Positions 1 through 8,688 of a DNA stretch of 33,990 bases are shown here, piece by piece; the stretch's first letter is position 1; each line of letters opens with the position of its first letter. The stretch covers positions 1-33,990 of the IMG/VR virus record IMGVR_UViG_3300017758_000050. One strand, 5' to 3'. The notes under the pieces are model-generated. The model searched no databases and was not told where the DNA came from. It saw only the letters and a program-made list of their open reading frames with translations. A program made the translations under genes and the position numbers. This DNA comes from a virus. Its lineage: Duplodnaviria; Caudoviricetes.

Positions 1-567
1 CCATATAACAAAGTGTATCAATCAGAGTCAGGTCATGTTATTGAAGTGGACGATACACTTGGTAAAGAAAGACTTTCAACTTATCATAGGTCAGGAACGT
101 TTCAGGAAGTTCACCCTGATGGAAGTGTAGTGCAACGAATCGTAAATGATAATTATCAGATAGTTGCAAAGGACGATAAGATTTATATTGCTGGAAACGC
201 AGACTTAACAGTAGAGAAAGGAAACGTGACAATCAATGTTAACACTGGTAATGTAGATATGAAAGTGTTAAAAGGTAATGTCACTTCAGAGATTACAGAG
301 GGAAATCTAAAAGCAGATATCCTCAAAGGAACAACAGACGTATTATCAGAAGGTAAGATTACTGTAACTGGTAATAATACAACAGAAATTATATCAAACA
401 CAACAATTACAGGGACACTTCATGTCACTGGTAAACAAACAAATGAAAGTTCTATAGTTGCAGACGGAGAGATTCAAACTAAGAAAGGTAATGCACCTAA
501 ACTTTCTAAACATACACATACAATTACTTCAGGTTCTTCTGCTGGTAAGACAAAGAAACCCGATTAG
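1..567 (+). CDS. gp5: Baseplate hub/tail spike gp5-like protein, C-terminal part (5' truncated by window)
   Basis: Frame open from base 1 (PYNKVYQSESGHVIEVDDTLGKERLSTYHRSGTFQEVHPDG), the conserved gp5 motif; beta-helix-like repeats follow; lies upstream of gp25. Confidence 0.88.
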   Translation, partial: PYNKVYQSESGHVIEVDDTLGKERLSTYHRSGTFQEVHPDGSVVQRIVNDNYQIVAKDDKIYIAGNADLTVEKGNVTINVNTGNVDMKVLKGNVTSEITEGNLKADILKGTTDVLSEGKITVTGNNTTEIISNTTITGTLHVTGKQTNESSIVADGEIQTKKGNAPKLSKHTHTITSGSSAGKTKKPD

Positions 568-571
568 TTTG

Positions 572-579
572 TATAAATA
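572..579 (+). promoter_or_regulatory. T4-type late promoter TATAAATA
   Basis: Exact gp55 consensus in the gp5-gp25 gap. Confidence 0.85.
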
Positions 580-584
580 GATAT

Positions 585-1001
585 ATGGTAGACTTAGTAA
601 ATAACGGAAAGACAGTTGCAACGAAAGATATCTATTCGGATTTAGATTTATTCTTTCGTAAACACCCTATTACTGGTGACGTTGTAAAGAAGACCGATAC
701 AGACGCAATCAAGAGGTCTGTTAGAAATATAGTATTAACTAATAAGTTTGAGAGACCTTTTAAACCAAACTTTGGTGGGTCAATTAGACAGTTACTATTT
801 GAACTTAATACTGATAGACAAATAAACAGAGTAAAAACAACTCTTGCAAAAGAGATAATGCAGTTAGAACCTAGGGTAGATAATGTTGTAGTTGTAATGA
901 CTGATACAGATAATAATAGTGTAAACATGACTGTAGCATATAACATAAAAAATGGACGACCAAATCAAGAGGTTGAAATAAAAGTTACAAGGACACGATA
1001 A
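585..1001 (+). CDS. gp25: Baseplate wedge subunit gp25
   Basis: YSDLDL, AIKRSVRNIVLT, ERPFKPNFG and EPRV motifs; 138 aa; directly before gp6. Confidence 0.93.
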   Translation: MVDLVNNGKTVATKDIYSDLDLFFRKHPITGDVVKKTDTDAIKRSVRNIVLTNKFERPFKPNFGGSIRQLLFELNTDRQINRVKTTLAKEIMQLEPRVDNVVVVMTDTDNNSVNMTVAYNIKNGRPNQEVEIKVTRTR

Positions 1002-2872
1002 TGGCAGTAAAAAGTTCACAATTAAACATAACCGATTTAGACTTTGAGAATATATCAGATAACTTAAAGAACTATCTTAAAGGACAAGACCAATTCAAGG
1101 ATTATAACTTTGAAGGTTCAAGTATGTCAGTTCTTATTGACTTACTTGCATATGCATCTCATATCGGTGCAGTAAACACTAACATTGCAGCCTCAGAATT
1201 ATTCTTAGATTCTGCACAAATCAGAAAGAACGTTGTATCACGTGCAAAAGATTTAGGATTCGTTCCTTCTTCTGAAACATCTTCAAGTGCATTCATAAAC
1301 TTAGAAATGAAAAATGTTAGGAATGCAGACGGAACTGCACCAACAACTACAGATATGCAACTTCCACGTGGAACAAATTTCATAACAGTCTATGACGGAA
1401 GTTCATATAACTTTGTAGTCACAACAACTAAAAGACCAACACAAAACGGAACTTCATATAACTACAATGACGTAGAACTTGTTCAAGGTGTCTATGCAAG
1501 TGATTCATTTATCTTTGACAGTCAACTTGCAAATCCAAAGTTTGTATTGTCTAACGAAAGAGTAGACAAAGGAAGAATGATAGTAAGTGTAACTTCAAAT
1601 GGAGTGACAGAAACTTATGCGCTTTCAACAGGTATATCAAATATCACAACCGAATCAAAAGTCTACTATGCACAAGAGAACGAAGAAGGATATGTAGAGA
1701 TTTATTTTGGAGACGGAACATTAGGTAAATCATTATTAGACGGAGACATTATTGACGTAACTTATATTATAGTTAATGATACACATGCAAATGGTGCTAC
1801 TCAGTATACACTTAATGGAACTATAAATGGTTTTACAAATCATACAGTCACAAACGTTACTCCTGCTAGTGGTGGTTCAGAGAAAGAATCAATCGAATCA
1901 ATCAAGTTCAAAGCAACAAAGTTTTACACTTCACAAAATAGATTAGTTACACTTAACGACTATAAAGCAAAAGTGCAAGAGTATTATCCGAATGCAGACG
2001 CAGTTGCAGTATGGGGAGGGGAAGATAATGACCCACCCGAATATGGTAAAGTGTTTGTTGCACTTAAACCACAAAACTCAGACTATCTATCAGATACAGA
2101 AAAGACATTGGTTACAAAGAAGTTAAACGATTTAAATATGTTAACTGTTAGACCAAAGATAATAGATGCAGAGATTGTTAAGATTCTAATATCTTGTGTA
2201 TTCAAATACAATGAGAATAATACAGACTTATCAATCGGTGAGTTAGAAGCAGTCGTAACCAGTGCAATTCAAAAGTTTGATACAGACAACCTAAAGAATT
2301 TTGATTCAATATTCAGACATTCAAACTTATTAAAATCAGTTGACGATAGTAACACTGCAATACTATCCAACACATGTAACATTAGATTAAGAAAAAGAGG
2401 TCAAGTTAAAGTAGGTGAGACCAAAGGTTATTCAGTAACTTTTGGTAATGCATTATACAATCCACATTCAGGACACAACATGGATAGTGGAGGTATAACA
2501 ACCTCAACAGGTTTTTACATTCAAGGTGACTCAGTCAATATCAATTATTTTGACGATGACGGAAAAGGTAGTTTAAGAAGATATTACCTATCAGGGTCAA
2601 CAAGAATATATCAGGATAGTTCTGCTGGAACAGTTGACTATTCTACAGGAAAGATTACAATCAATGCCATCAATATTACCTCAACAGTTAATACTGATTC
2701 ATCGATTGACTTCACTGTTATCCCTTCAGGAAATGATGTCGTTGCAACTAGAGGTAATCTAGTAGACATTTCTTCTGAAGATATTAAGGTAACTGCTGAA
2801 GTAGACACCATTAGTAGTGGTGAAAGCAGTGCTGGTGTAGGGTATACTTCTACCTCAACCAGTTCATATTAA
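1001..2872 (+). CDS. gp6: Baseplate wedge subunit gp6
   Basis: LDFENI..NLKNYL, DYNFEGS, ELFLDSAQIR, EIYFGDG, QNRLVT.NDY, WGGE....P.YGKV motifs; 623 aa. Confidence 0.95.
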   Translation: MAVKSSQLNITDLDFENISDNLKNYLKGQDQFKDYNFEGSSMSVLIDLLAYASHIGAVNTNIAASELFLDSAQIRKNVVSRAKDLGFVPSSETSSSAFINLEMKNVRNADGTAPTTTDMQLPRGTNFITVYDGSSYNFVVTTTKRPTQNGTSYNYNDVELVQGVYASDSFIFDSQLANPKFVLSNERVDKGRMIVSVTSNGVTETYALSTGISNITTESKVYYAQENEEGYVEIYFGDGTLGKSLLDGDIIDVTYIIVNDTHANGATQYTLNGTINGFTNHTVTNVTPASGGSEKESIESIKFKATKFYTSQNRLVTLNDYKAKVQEYYPNADAVAVWGGEDNDPPEYGKVFVALKPQNSDYLSDTEKTLVTKKLNDLNMLTVRPKIIDAEIVKILISCVFKYNENNTDLSIGELEAVVTSAIQKFDTDNLKNFDSIFRHSNLLKSVDDSNTAILSNTCNIRLRKRGQVKVGETKGYSVTFGNALYNPHSGHNMDSGGITTSTGFYIQGDSVNINYFDDDGKGSLRRYYLSGSTRIYQDSSAGTVDYSTGKITINAINITSTVNTDSSIDFTVIPSGNDVVATRGNLVDISSEDIKVTAEVDTISSGESSAGVGYTSTSTSSY

Positions 2873-2875
2873 ATA
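2868..2875 (+). promoter_or_regulatory. Possible late promoter variant ATTAAATA
   Basis: TAAATA core overlapping the gp6 stop, ahead of a structured leader and AGGAGG RBS. Confidence 0.4.
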
Positions 2876-2946
2876 ACTAATGAAACAAGTGGTCGGGAGT
2901 CCCCCGAGTAGTTTCCCATTCAATTGGATTATAGGAGGAAAAGAGA

Positions 2947-3411
2947 ATGGCAGATAAAAAAATAAGCGCATTAACACAGGTATCTGATACAGATATAGGT
3001 GCTGATGATTTACTACACATAGTAGATAACCCAGGCGGAACACCCGTCAACAAAAAAATGACCATTGGTCAGTTATTCGAAAATATCCCAACTCATTTAG
3101 CAGTTGATGATATAACAGTATTAACTGCAACTGCGTCCAACCTTGCAAGTTCTTTTGCTAGTGAAATCACATTAAGTGGTTCTTCAGCAGTTGAGTTCGT
3201 GTTAGATAACGGAACAGACGTTGGTCAGTTAAAAGTAATTTACAAGACAGATAGTTCTTCTGCACAAGCAGAGGTTACTGTTTCATCTTGGGGTTACTCA
3301 GCAGATACAACAGACCAAATCATTCTTGATGCACAAGGTGAAGCAGTCGTTTGTATTTGGAATGGTACAAACTGGTTCCCAGTTTCAAGCCTAGGTGCTA
3401 CATTAAGCTAA
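2947..3411 (+). CDS. Small virion/fibre-associated protein (MADKKISAL N-terminus)
   Basis: AGGAGG RBS; N-terminal KIS.L...DDLL.IVD motif typical of phage fibre-related proteins; sits between gp6 and gp7-like. Confidence 0.6.
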   Translation: MADKKISALTQVSDTDIGADDLLHIVDNPGGTPVNKKMTIGQLFENIPTHLAVDDITVLTATASNLASSFASEITLSGSSAVEFVLDNGTDVGQLKVIYKTDSSSAQAEVTVSSWGYSADTTDQIILDAQGEAVVCIWNGTNWFPVSSLGATLS

Positions 3412-3415
3412 GATT

Positions 3416-6400
3416 ATGTCTAACGATTTTAAGATAGAAAAATTATCAGATAGGTTAACCTCATTATTGCCTGAATACATTCAGGAAGAGGCACCCGTAT
3501 TTGAATTATTCTTAAAGTCGTATTTCGAATATTTGGAATCGGAGATAGTTACTCTATCTTCCCAAAGTCAACTAGACGGAATCTTGATGGAAGACAGTTT
3601 GGGGTCTATTTTAGCAGAACCTCAGACTGTCAAACCATCTCCTGATGCAGAGACATCAAAACTAATATACGAATCAACGGGTGCAAACCCTACTGCAACT
3701 GCCGACCCATGGATAGTGGGTGAGTATGTAGTTGGTTCAGTATCAAAGTCAGTTGCAAAGATTACTTCCATAAATGGATTACAAATTTACGTATCCTCAA
3801 TAGAAGGATTTGGTTTCTCAGAGGGAGAGACTATTACTGGAAGAGAATCAAACCAAACAGGAACAGTTAGTGGTTATAAAGAAAATACTATAGCTGCTAA
3901 TAATAAAATATTAAATTATTCAGATATTGATAAAACTTCTGAAGACTTTCTACAACATTTCCAAACAGATTTTTTACCTTCGTTAGACCTTAAACAAACA
4001 CAAAACAAAAGGTTAACGATTAAAGGTATATCAGATTTATACAAAGAAAAGGGAACTGCAGAATCATTAAAATTCTTAATGAGGATTCTTTATAACGAAG
4101 ATGCAGAGATTAGATATCCCGACAACGAAACAATTTATGCATCAGAATCAGATTACTCTCAGAAGAGAAGAGTAAATGTTTTGATGTCAGACTTAAGAAT
4201 TGCACCAAGTTCAACAGATAAGATAACTCAATTTACTTCAGACAATAGAATACAAGCAGAATCAATTGTTGAAAACGTATTTCCAATAAACACTGCAACA
4301 GGTGAATACTCATTAGAGATTACAGACAATCACCAAGGTACATTCTTAAGAGACCAACAAGTTACATTAAAAGATAGAGACGGAATTACTACTGCAACAG
4401 GAACATTGAAAGGTATCATTTCAGATATCAATGCAGACACCTCTTCTACTTATATTCAACATGACGATGACGGAGACTTGCTATTTGAAGACGAAAGTGG
4501 TATACTATTAGAACAGTCGAATGTAGGTTCTCTATATTCATTAAACGATTCAATCAATTTCTCAGGTGGTAAAGGAAACAGTGGTGCAACCACTTCAAAA
4601 TCAGTCGTCAATGGTCTATTAGAAGGTCAGGTTGACCATATCTATATTGAAGATGGTGGAACAGGATATAAAGGTGGTGACCTTGTAGTCTTTGAATCCA
4701 ATAGTAGAGGAAGTGGTGCAGAGGCTATGCTTGGTTCCGTAGGGGACGAAATCATATTAGAAGGTGCAACAGTTTGGGGTCAGTATGAAATTAAAGCAAT
4801 TGCTGGACAAACACTTTTCACTGGTGCAGATGACAATGGTAACCAAATCATTTTCAATGACGAAAGTGTTGAAGTGTATATAGACGGAATTCTAAAAACA
4901 CCAGTCACCGATTATACTCATAAAAACGATAGAGTTACTTTTACAGTTGCACTTAGTGGTGGTGAGTTGGTTGAAATCTACACGAAGAAAATGAGATTAC
5001 TTAGTGAAGACGAACAACCAGTTCAATTAGAAACTACTAACTCAATGATTAGAAGTGTATTTATTAAGTCGGGTGGTATTGGTTATACACAAGTTCCTAA
5101 AGTATTCCCAGGCGGATATCTTTACTTTACAGATACGACAGGATACATAGAAGGTGAGGTTGTTACTGGAACAAATTCAAATGCAACTGGTACAATTCTA
5201 AAAAATGATTCAAAAAACAAACGTCTAATCATAAAAAGATTATCTAGTGATACAGGTGCATTCCAAAGTGGTGAAGAAATCACTGGTGGAACTTCTACTA
5301 CTGTAAAACTAAACACCCAATCAACAGTATCAACTGGTGAAGGTGCAAAACTATTTGCATATTCAGATACAATTGGTGGAGTTGGTTCACTAAACATTCA
5401 AGAACAAGGACATAACTTTACAGAAAACGGAGTTCTAAGTTCAACCTCATACTTCCCTATGTTGATTACTACACCAAGTGCAAACTTAACAAAGGATTTA
5501 GTATTAACAGGAAGAGTATCAGGTACGACTGCAAAAGTTGTTTCATACGATGCAGATAGACACATATTAACATACACTTCATTAGACGGGTGTTTCCTAT
5601 CTGAAGAAACTGTAACATATAACAACACCGATTCATTTAAGATTTTAAAATCAAATCCATATCAAGCAAGAGGAACAGTCTCAGGTGAAGGTGTAATACA
5701 AGAACAATTATTAGGTGATAAGTCTACACTAGATGCAAGTGCCTCAAACATACAAGATAGTTTATATTATCAAACACATTCATACGTAATCAAAGTCGGT
5801 GAGAGTATAAACAAATACAGGTCAGTTGTCAAGGATTTATTACACCCTGCTGGACATATATTCTTTGGTGAGGTTGCAATTAAACAAACAATCAATAATG
5901 AGATTGTAGAACAAATCAAATTTAGACCAACAATTGTTATACACGAAGCACCAGTCTTAACACAACCAAATGCATTTGCAAATTCAATGAGACAAATACT
6001 TCTTTGGACTACTGATGCAGAAATGAATGACCCATTGGTTGTTCTACAAAACGAAAGTATACCTTCACCCGATACAGACCCAAGAACAGGTGGTGCAATA
6101 ACAGAACCGAACACTGAATATGGTGATTCGGAAATGAGAAGTAGACATTTAAACATTTTCAGAATTAAATCAGTTGCACTTGCAAGTTCATATAGAACAA
6201 GAAGAACAGAACAACGAAATGGTGCAGAAACATTCGTAGTGAGTGTTGTAAATAATGGTTCACAAAACGTATTCCAAATAAACGGAGTGAACAATGCACC
6301 TCTAAGTCTAAAAGTAGGACACACTTATCACTTTGTATATCCAACTGCACACCCATTTAGATTATCTACAACTGCAGACGGGACACATGGTAGTGGTTCA

Positions 6401-7135
6401 GAGTATAGATTGGGTGTAAGAGATATTGGTGACACACTTGAAGTTAAAATAGAGAGTGGACACGAAGGTACATTCTATTACTATTGTGGAAATCATAGTG
6501 GTATGGGTGGAACCATAACAAAAGATACAACGGATACTTTTGAAACTGTACTTGCATTAGATTCTGCAGACCAAGATTACGTGGTTAGAAGTAATGAGAG
6601 AAGACCTTCCGATAAAGGTAAAGTAATATCAGTGGGAAGTCAACAAGACGAAGTATTCTTATTAGAAAACGGAAAAAGATTTTTATTTGAAGAAGAAGTT
6701 TATCACTTTGGTTTAGAACCAAGTATTGCCGAACAGGCAGGTGGTCAAATTATAGGTGATAAGATAATCATGGAAGATAATGATTTAATCATAATGGAAG
6801 ATGCAACGTTTGATGATATACAAGATAATTATATCTCAACGGAAAGGACTTCAATTGTAAGTCATGCACCATTAGGGGGGACTTTACGAAGTCTAAATAC
6901 AATAACAGGACAACAGATTTACGATATATCATATTATCTAAAAGACGAAACAGATAATGATGATTTTATTTTAGAAAATGGAACAGGTAACATTATGAGT
7001 GAAGAATCTAAACCCGAAGGGTTACGAATTTCAGACTTAGATACCTATTTTCCCTTACACACGACCAGTTACTACTCAGACGTGCCAAATTTAAGGTCTA
7101 ATATTGCATTTAGTTCTTATATAAAGTCTGCGTAG
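3416..7135 (+). CDS. gp7: Baseplate wedge initiator gp7-like protein, multidomain, with a cupredoxin-like module
   Basis: LPEYI...F..FLKSYFEYLE, LYKEKGTAESLKFL.RILYNE, IQDSLYYQ.HSYVIK, VKDLLHPAG.IFFG motifs; position between gp6 and gp8. Confidence 0.75.
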   Translation: MSNDFKIEKLSDRLTSLLPEYIQEEAPVFELFLKSYFEYLESEIVTLSSQSQLDGILMEDSLGSILAEPQTVKPSPDAETSKLIYESTGANPTATADPWIVGEYVVGSVSKSVAKITSINGLQIYVSSIEGFGFSEGETITGRESNQTGTVSGYKENTIAANNKILNYSDIDKTSEDFLQHFQTDFLPSLDLKQTQNKRLTIKGISDLYKEKGTAESLKFLMRILYNEDAEIRYPDNETIYASESDYSQKRRVNVLMSDLRIAPSSTDKITQFTSDNRIQAESIVENVFPINTATGEYSLEITDNHQGTFLRDQQVTLKDRDGITTATGTLKGIISDINADTSSTYIQHDDDGDLLFEDESGILLEQSNVGSLYSLNDSINFSGGKGNSGATTSKSVVNGLLEGQVDHIYIEDGGTGYKGGDLVVFESNSRGSGAEAMLGSVGDEIILEGATVWGQYEIKAIAGQTLFTGADDNGNQIIFNDESVEVYIDGILKTPVTDYTHKNDRVTFTVALSGGELVEIYTKKMRLLSEDEQPVQLETTNSMIRSVFIKSGGIGYTQVPKVFPGGYLYFTDTTGYIEGEVVTGTNSNATGTILKNDSKNKRLIIKRLSSDTGAFQSGEEITGGTSTTVKLNTQSTVSTGEGAKLFAYSDTIGGVGSLNIQEQGHNFTENGVLSSTSYFPMLITTPSANLTKDLVLTGRVSGTTAKVVSYDADRHILTYTSLDGCFLSEETVTYNNTDSFKILKSNPYQARGTVSGEGVIQEQLLGDKSTLDASASNIQDSLYYQTHSYVIKVGESINKYRSVVKDLLHPAGHIFFGEVAIKQTINNEIVEQIKFRPTIVIHEAPVLTQPNAFANSMRQILLWTTDAEMNDPLVVLQNESIPSPDTDPRTGGAITEPNTEYGDSEMRSRHLNIFRIKSVALASSYRTRRTEQRNGAETFVVSVVNNGSQNVFQINGVNNAPLSLKVGHTYHFVYPTAHPFRLSTTADGTHGSGSEYRLGVRDIGDTLEVKIESGHEGTFYYYCGNHSGMGGTITKDTTDTFETVLALDSADQDYVVRSNERRPSDKGKVISVGSQQDEVFLLENGKRFLFEEEVYHFGLEPSIAEQAGGQIIGDKIIMEDNDLIIMEDATFDDIQDNYISTERTSIVSHAPLGGTLRSLNTITGQQIYDISYYLKDETDNDDFILENGTGNIMSEESKPEGLRISDLDTYFPLHTTSYYSDVPNLRSNIAFSSYIKSA

Positions 7136-7138
7136 TGT

Positions 7139-7146
7139 TATAAATA
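7139..7146 (+). promoter_or_regulatory. T4-type late promoter TATAAATA
   Basis: Exact consensus upstream of gp8, followed by AGGAG RBS. Confidence 0.85.
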
Positions 7147-7184
7147 GTATTAAAGAAATTTAATAATCTGAGGAGATTAAGAAA

Positions 7185-8651
7185 ATGGCAGCAATAATAA
7201 CGGAAAAGTTTCGAATCCACAATGCGAAACAATTTAAGGAAGACTTTGGTGAGAGTGCCTCATCGAGTTACATATTCATAGGACGTTCATTCGATTGGAC
7301 TGATGAGAACAACCCCCCAGCACCTGCTAATGCAGTTGGAGAGGAGATAGATTCATATGCAGACATGATTGCAATGAAAAAGGTTTCTACATCAGACGTA
7401 TCACACGGACTAACAAGATATGATTGGACTTCAGGAACTTCATATGACGAGTATGCACATGATTATAGTGCAACTAATCTAAGTCCTGCTTCAAGTTCAA
7501 ATAACTTATACGATTCAAGATTCTATGTAATCACTGATGAGTATCATGTTTACAAATGTATCAGAACTGGAAGAGATAGTTCAGGTGCAGTGGTAGTATC
7601 AGACGTAAAACCAACAGGAACAAGTGCAACTACTTTAGTAGAAACTGCCGACTCGAACGCTGCCTCAGGTCGTGGTTATCTATGGAAGTACATGTATACA
7701 ATTTCTGCCTCAGAAACAATCAAATTCGTAACTAATGACTTTATACCAGTTAAAACACTTGGTGCAGTTTCCGCTGTGGACGGAACTGGAACAGGTGGTG
7801 CAATCGGTTCAAGTGCAACAGATGACGGAACAGGACAATGGGACGTAGAGAACTCTGCAGTAAACGGAGGAATCAGTCACGTATCAGTTACTAATGCTGG
7901 TGCTGGTTATACAGACGGAACATATACAAGTGTACCAATCGTTGGAGATGGTTCAGGTGCAACATGTAGTGTTATCGTATCTTCATCATCAATAGTTCAC
8001 GTAGACATTACAGCTGCTGGTTCAGGTTACAAACGTGCTTCAATTGACGTTGCTGGTATCTCAGGTATCGGTGGTGGTTCAAATGGTGCATTAAAACCAA
8101 TCATATCACCTTTCTATGGACATGGTGCAGACCCAGTTCAAGAACTTGGTGGAAACTTTGTTTGTGTTAATGCAAGATTAGAGTTTGCAGAAGGTTCGGG
8201 TGACTTCCCAACAGATAATGACTTCAGACGTATTGGTTTAATCCAAGACCCATTTACAGTCGGAACAACAACAGTTGCAACTGCAACTTCATTAGCTGCA
8301 TATTCACAAATGACACTTTCAAGTGTTACAGGTCTTGCAGTAGATAACCTTATCTTATCATCAGGAACAGACGGAACTGGTGTTGCAGTATCAAGAGTTG
8401 TTTCAATAAATGGTTTAGTCGTATCACACGTTCCAGTTGCAAATAGTGCTGGTGGATATGTAGACTTTGCATCTTCAGATTCAGTCTTCATAAGTGGTTC
8501 AGGTTCATCTTTTGGAACAGTAAACTCAGTGAACGCTGCGTTCCCCGAAGTAGAAAGATATTCGGGTCAAATAATGTACGTTGAAAACAGAGGTGCAGTA
8601 ACAAGAGCTGCAGACCAAATCGAAGATATCAAACTGATAATCGAAATGTAA
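7185..8651 (+). CDS. gp8: Baseplate wedge subunit gp8
   Basis: MAAIITEKFRIHNA, R.DWTSGT.YD.Y, FYVITDEY.VYKC, GYLWKYMYTI, GHGADPV.ELG, NDFRRIGLI, C-terminal QIEDIKLIIEM. Confidence 0.92.
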   Translation: MAAIITEKFRIHNAKQFKEDFGESASSSYIFIGRSFDWTDENNPPAPANAVGEEIDSYADMIAMKKVSTSDVSHGLTRYDWTSGTSYDEYAHDYSATNLSPASSSNNLYDSRFYVITDEYHVYKCIRTGRDSSGAVVVSDVKPTGTSATTLVETADSNAASGRGYLWKYMYTISASETIKFVTNDFIPVKTLGAVSAVDGTGTGGAIGSSATDDGTGQWDVENSAVNGGISHVSVTNAGAGYTDGTYTSVPIVGDGSGATCSVIVSSSSIVHVDITAAGSGYKRASIDVAGISGIGGGSNGALKPIISPFYGHGADPVQELGGNFVCVNARLEFAEGSGDFPTDNDFRRIGLIQDPFTVGTTTVATATSLAAYSQMTLSSVTGLAVDNLILSSGTDGTGVAVSRVVSINGLVVSHVPVANSAGGYVDFASSDSVFISGSGSSFGTVNSVNAAFPEVERYSGQIMYVENRGAVTRAADQIEDIKLIIEM

Positions 8652-8656
8652 TTATC

Positions 8657-8673
8657 GGGGACTATAAGTCCCC
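8657..8673 (+). other. Intergenic GC-rich hairpin without U-tract
   Basis: GGGGACT-ATA-AGTCCCC perfect 7-bp stem between gp8 and the VrlC-like gene. Confidence 0.6.
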
Positions 8674-8688
8674 TACAAGAGAGTTAAA

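Noticed and set aside
6892-6899. TCTAAATA inside the gp7-like gene
   Set aside because: Intragenic, expected by chance in AT-rich DNA; a perfect promoter exists at 7139
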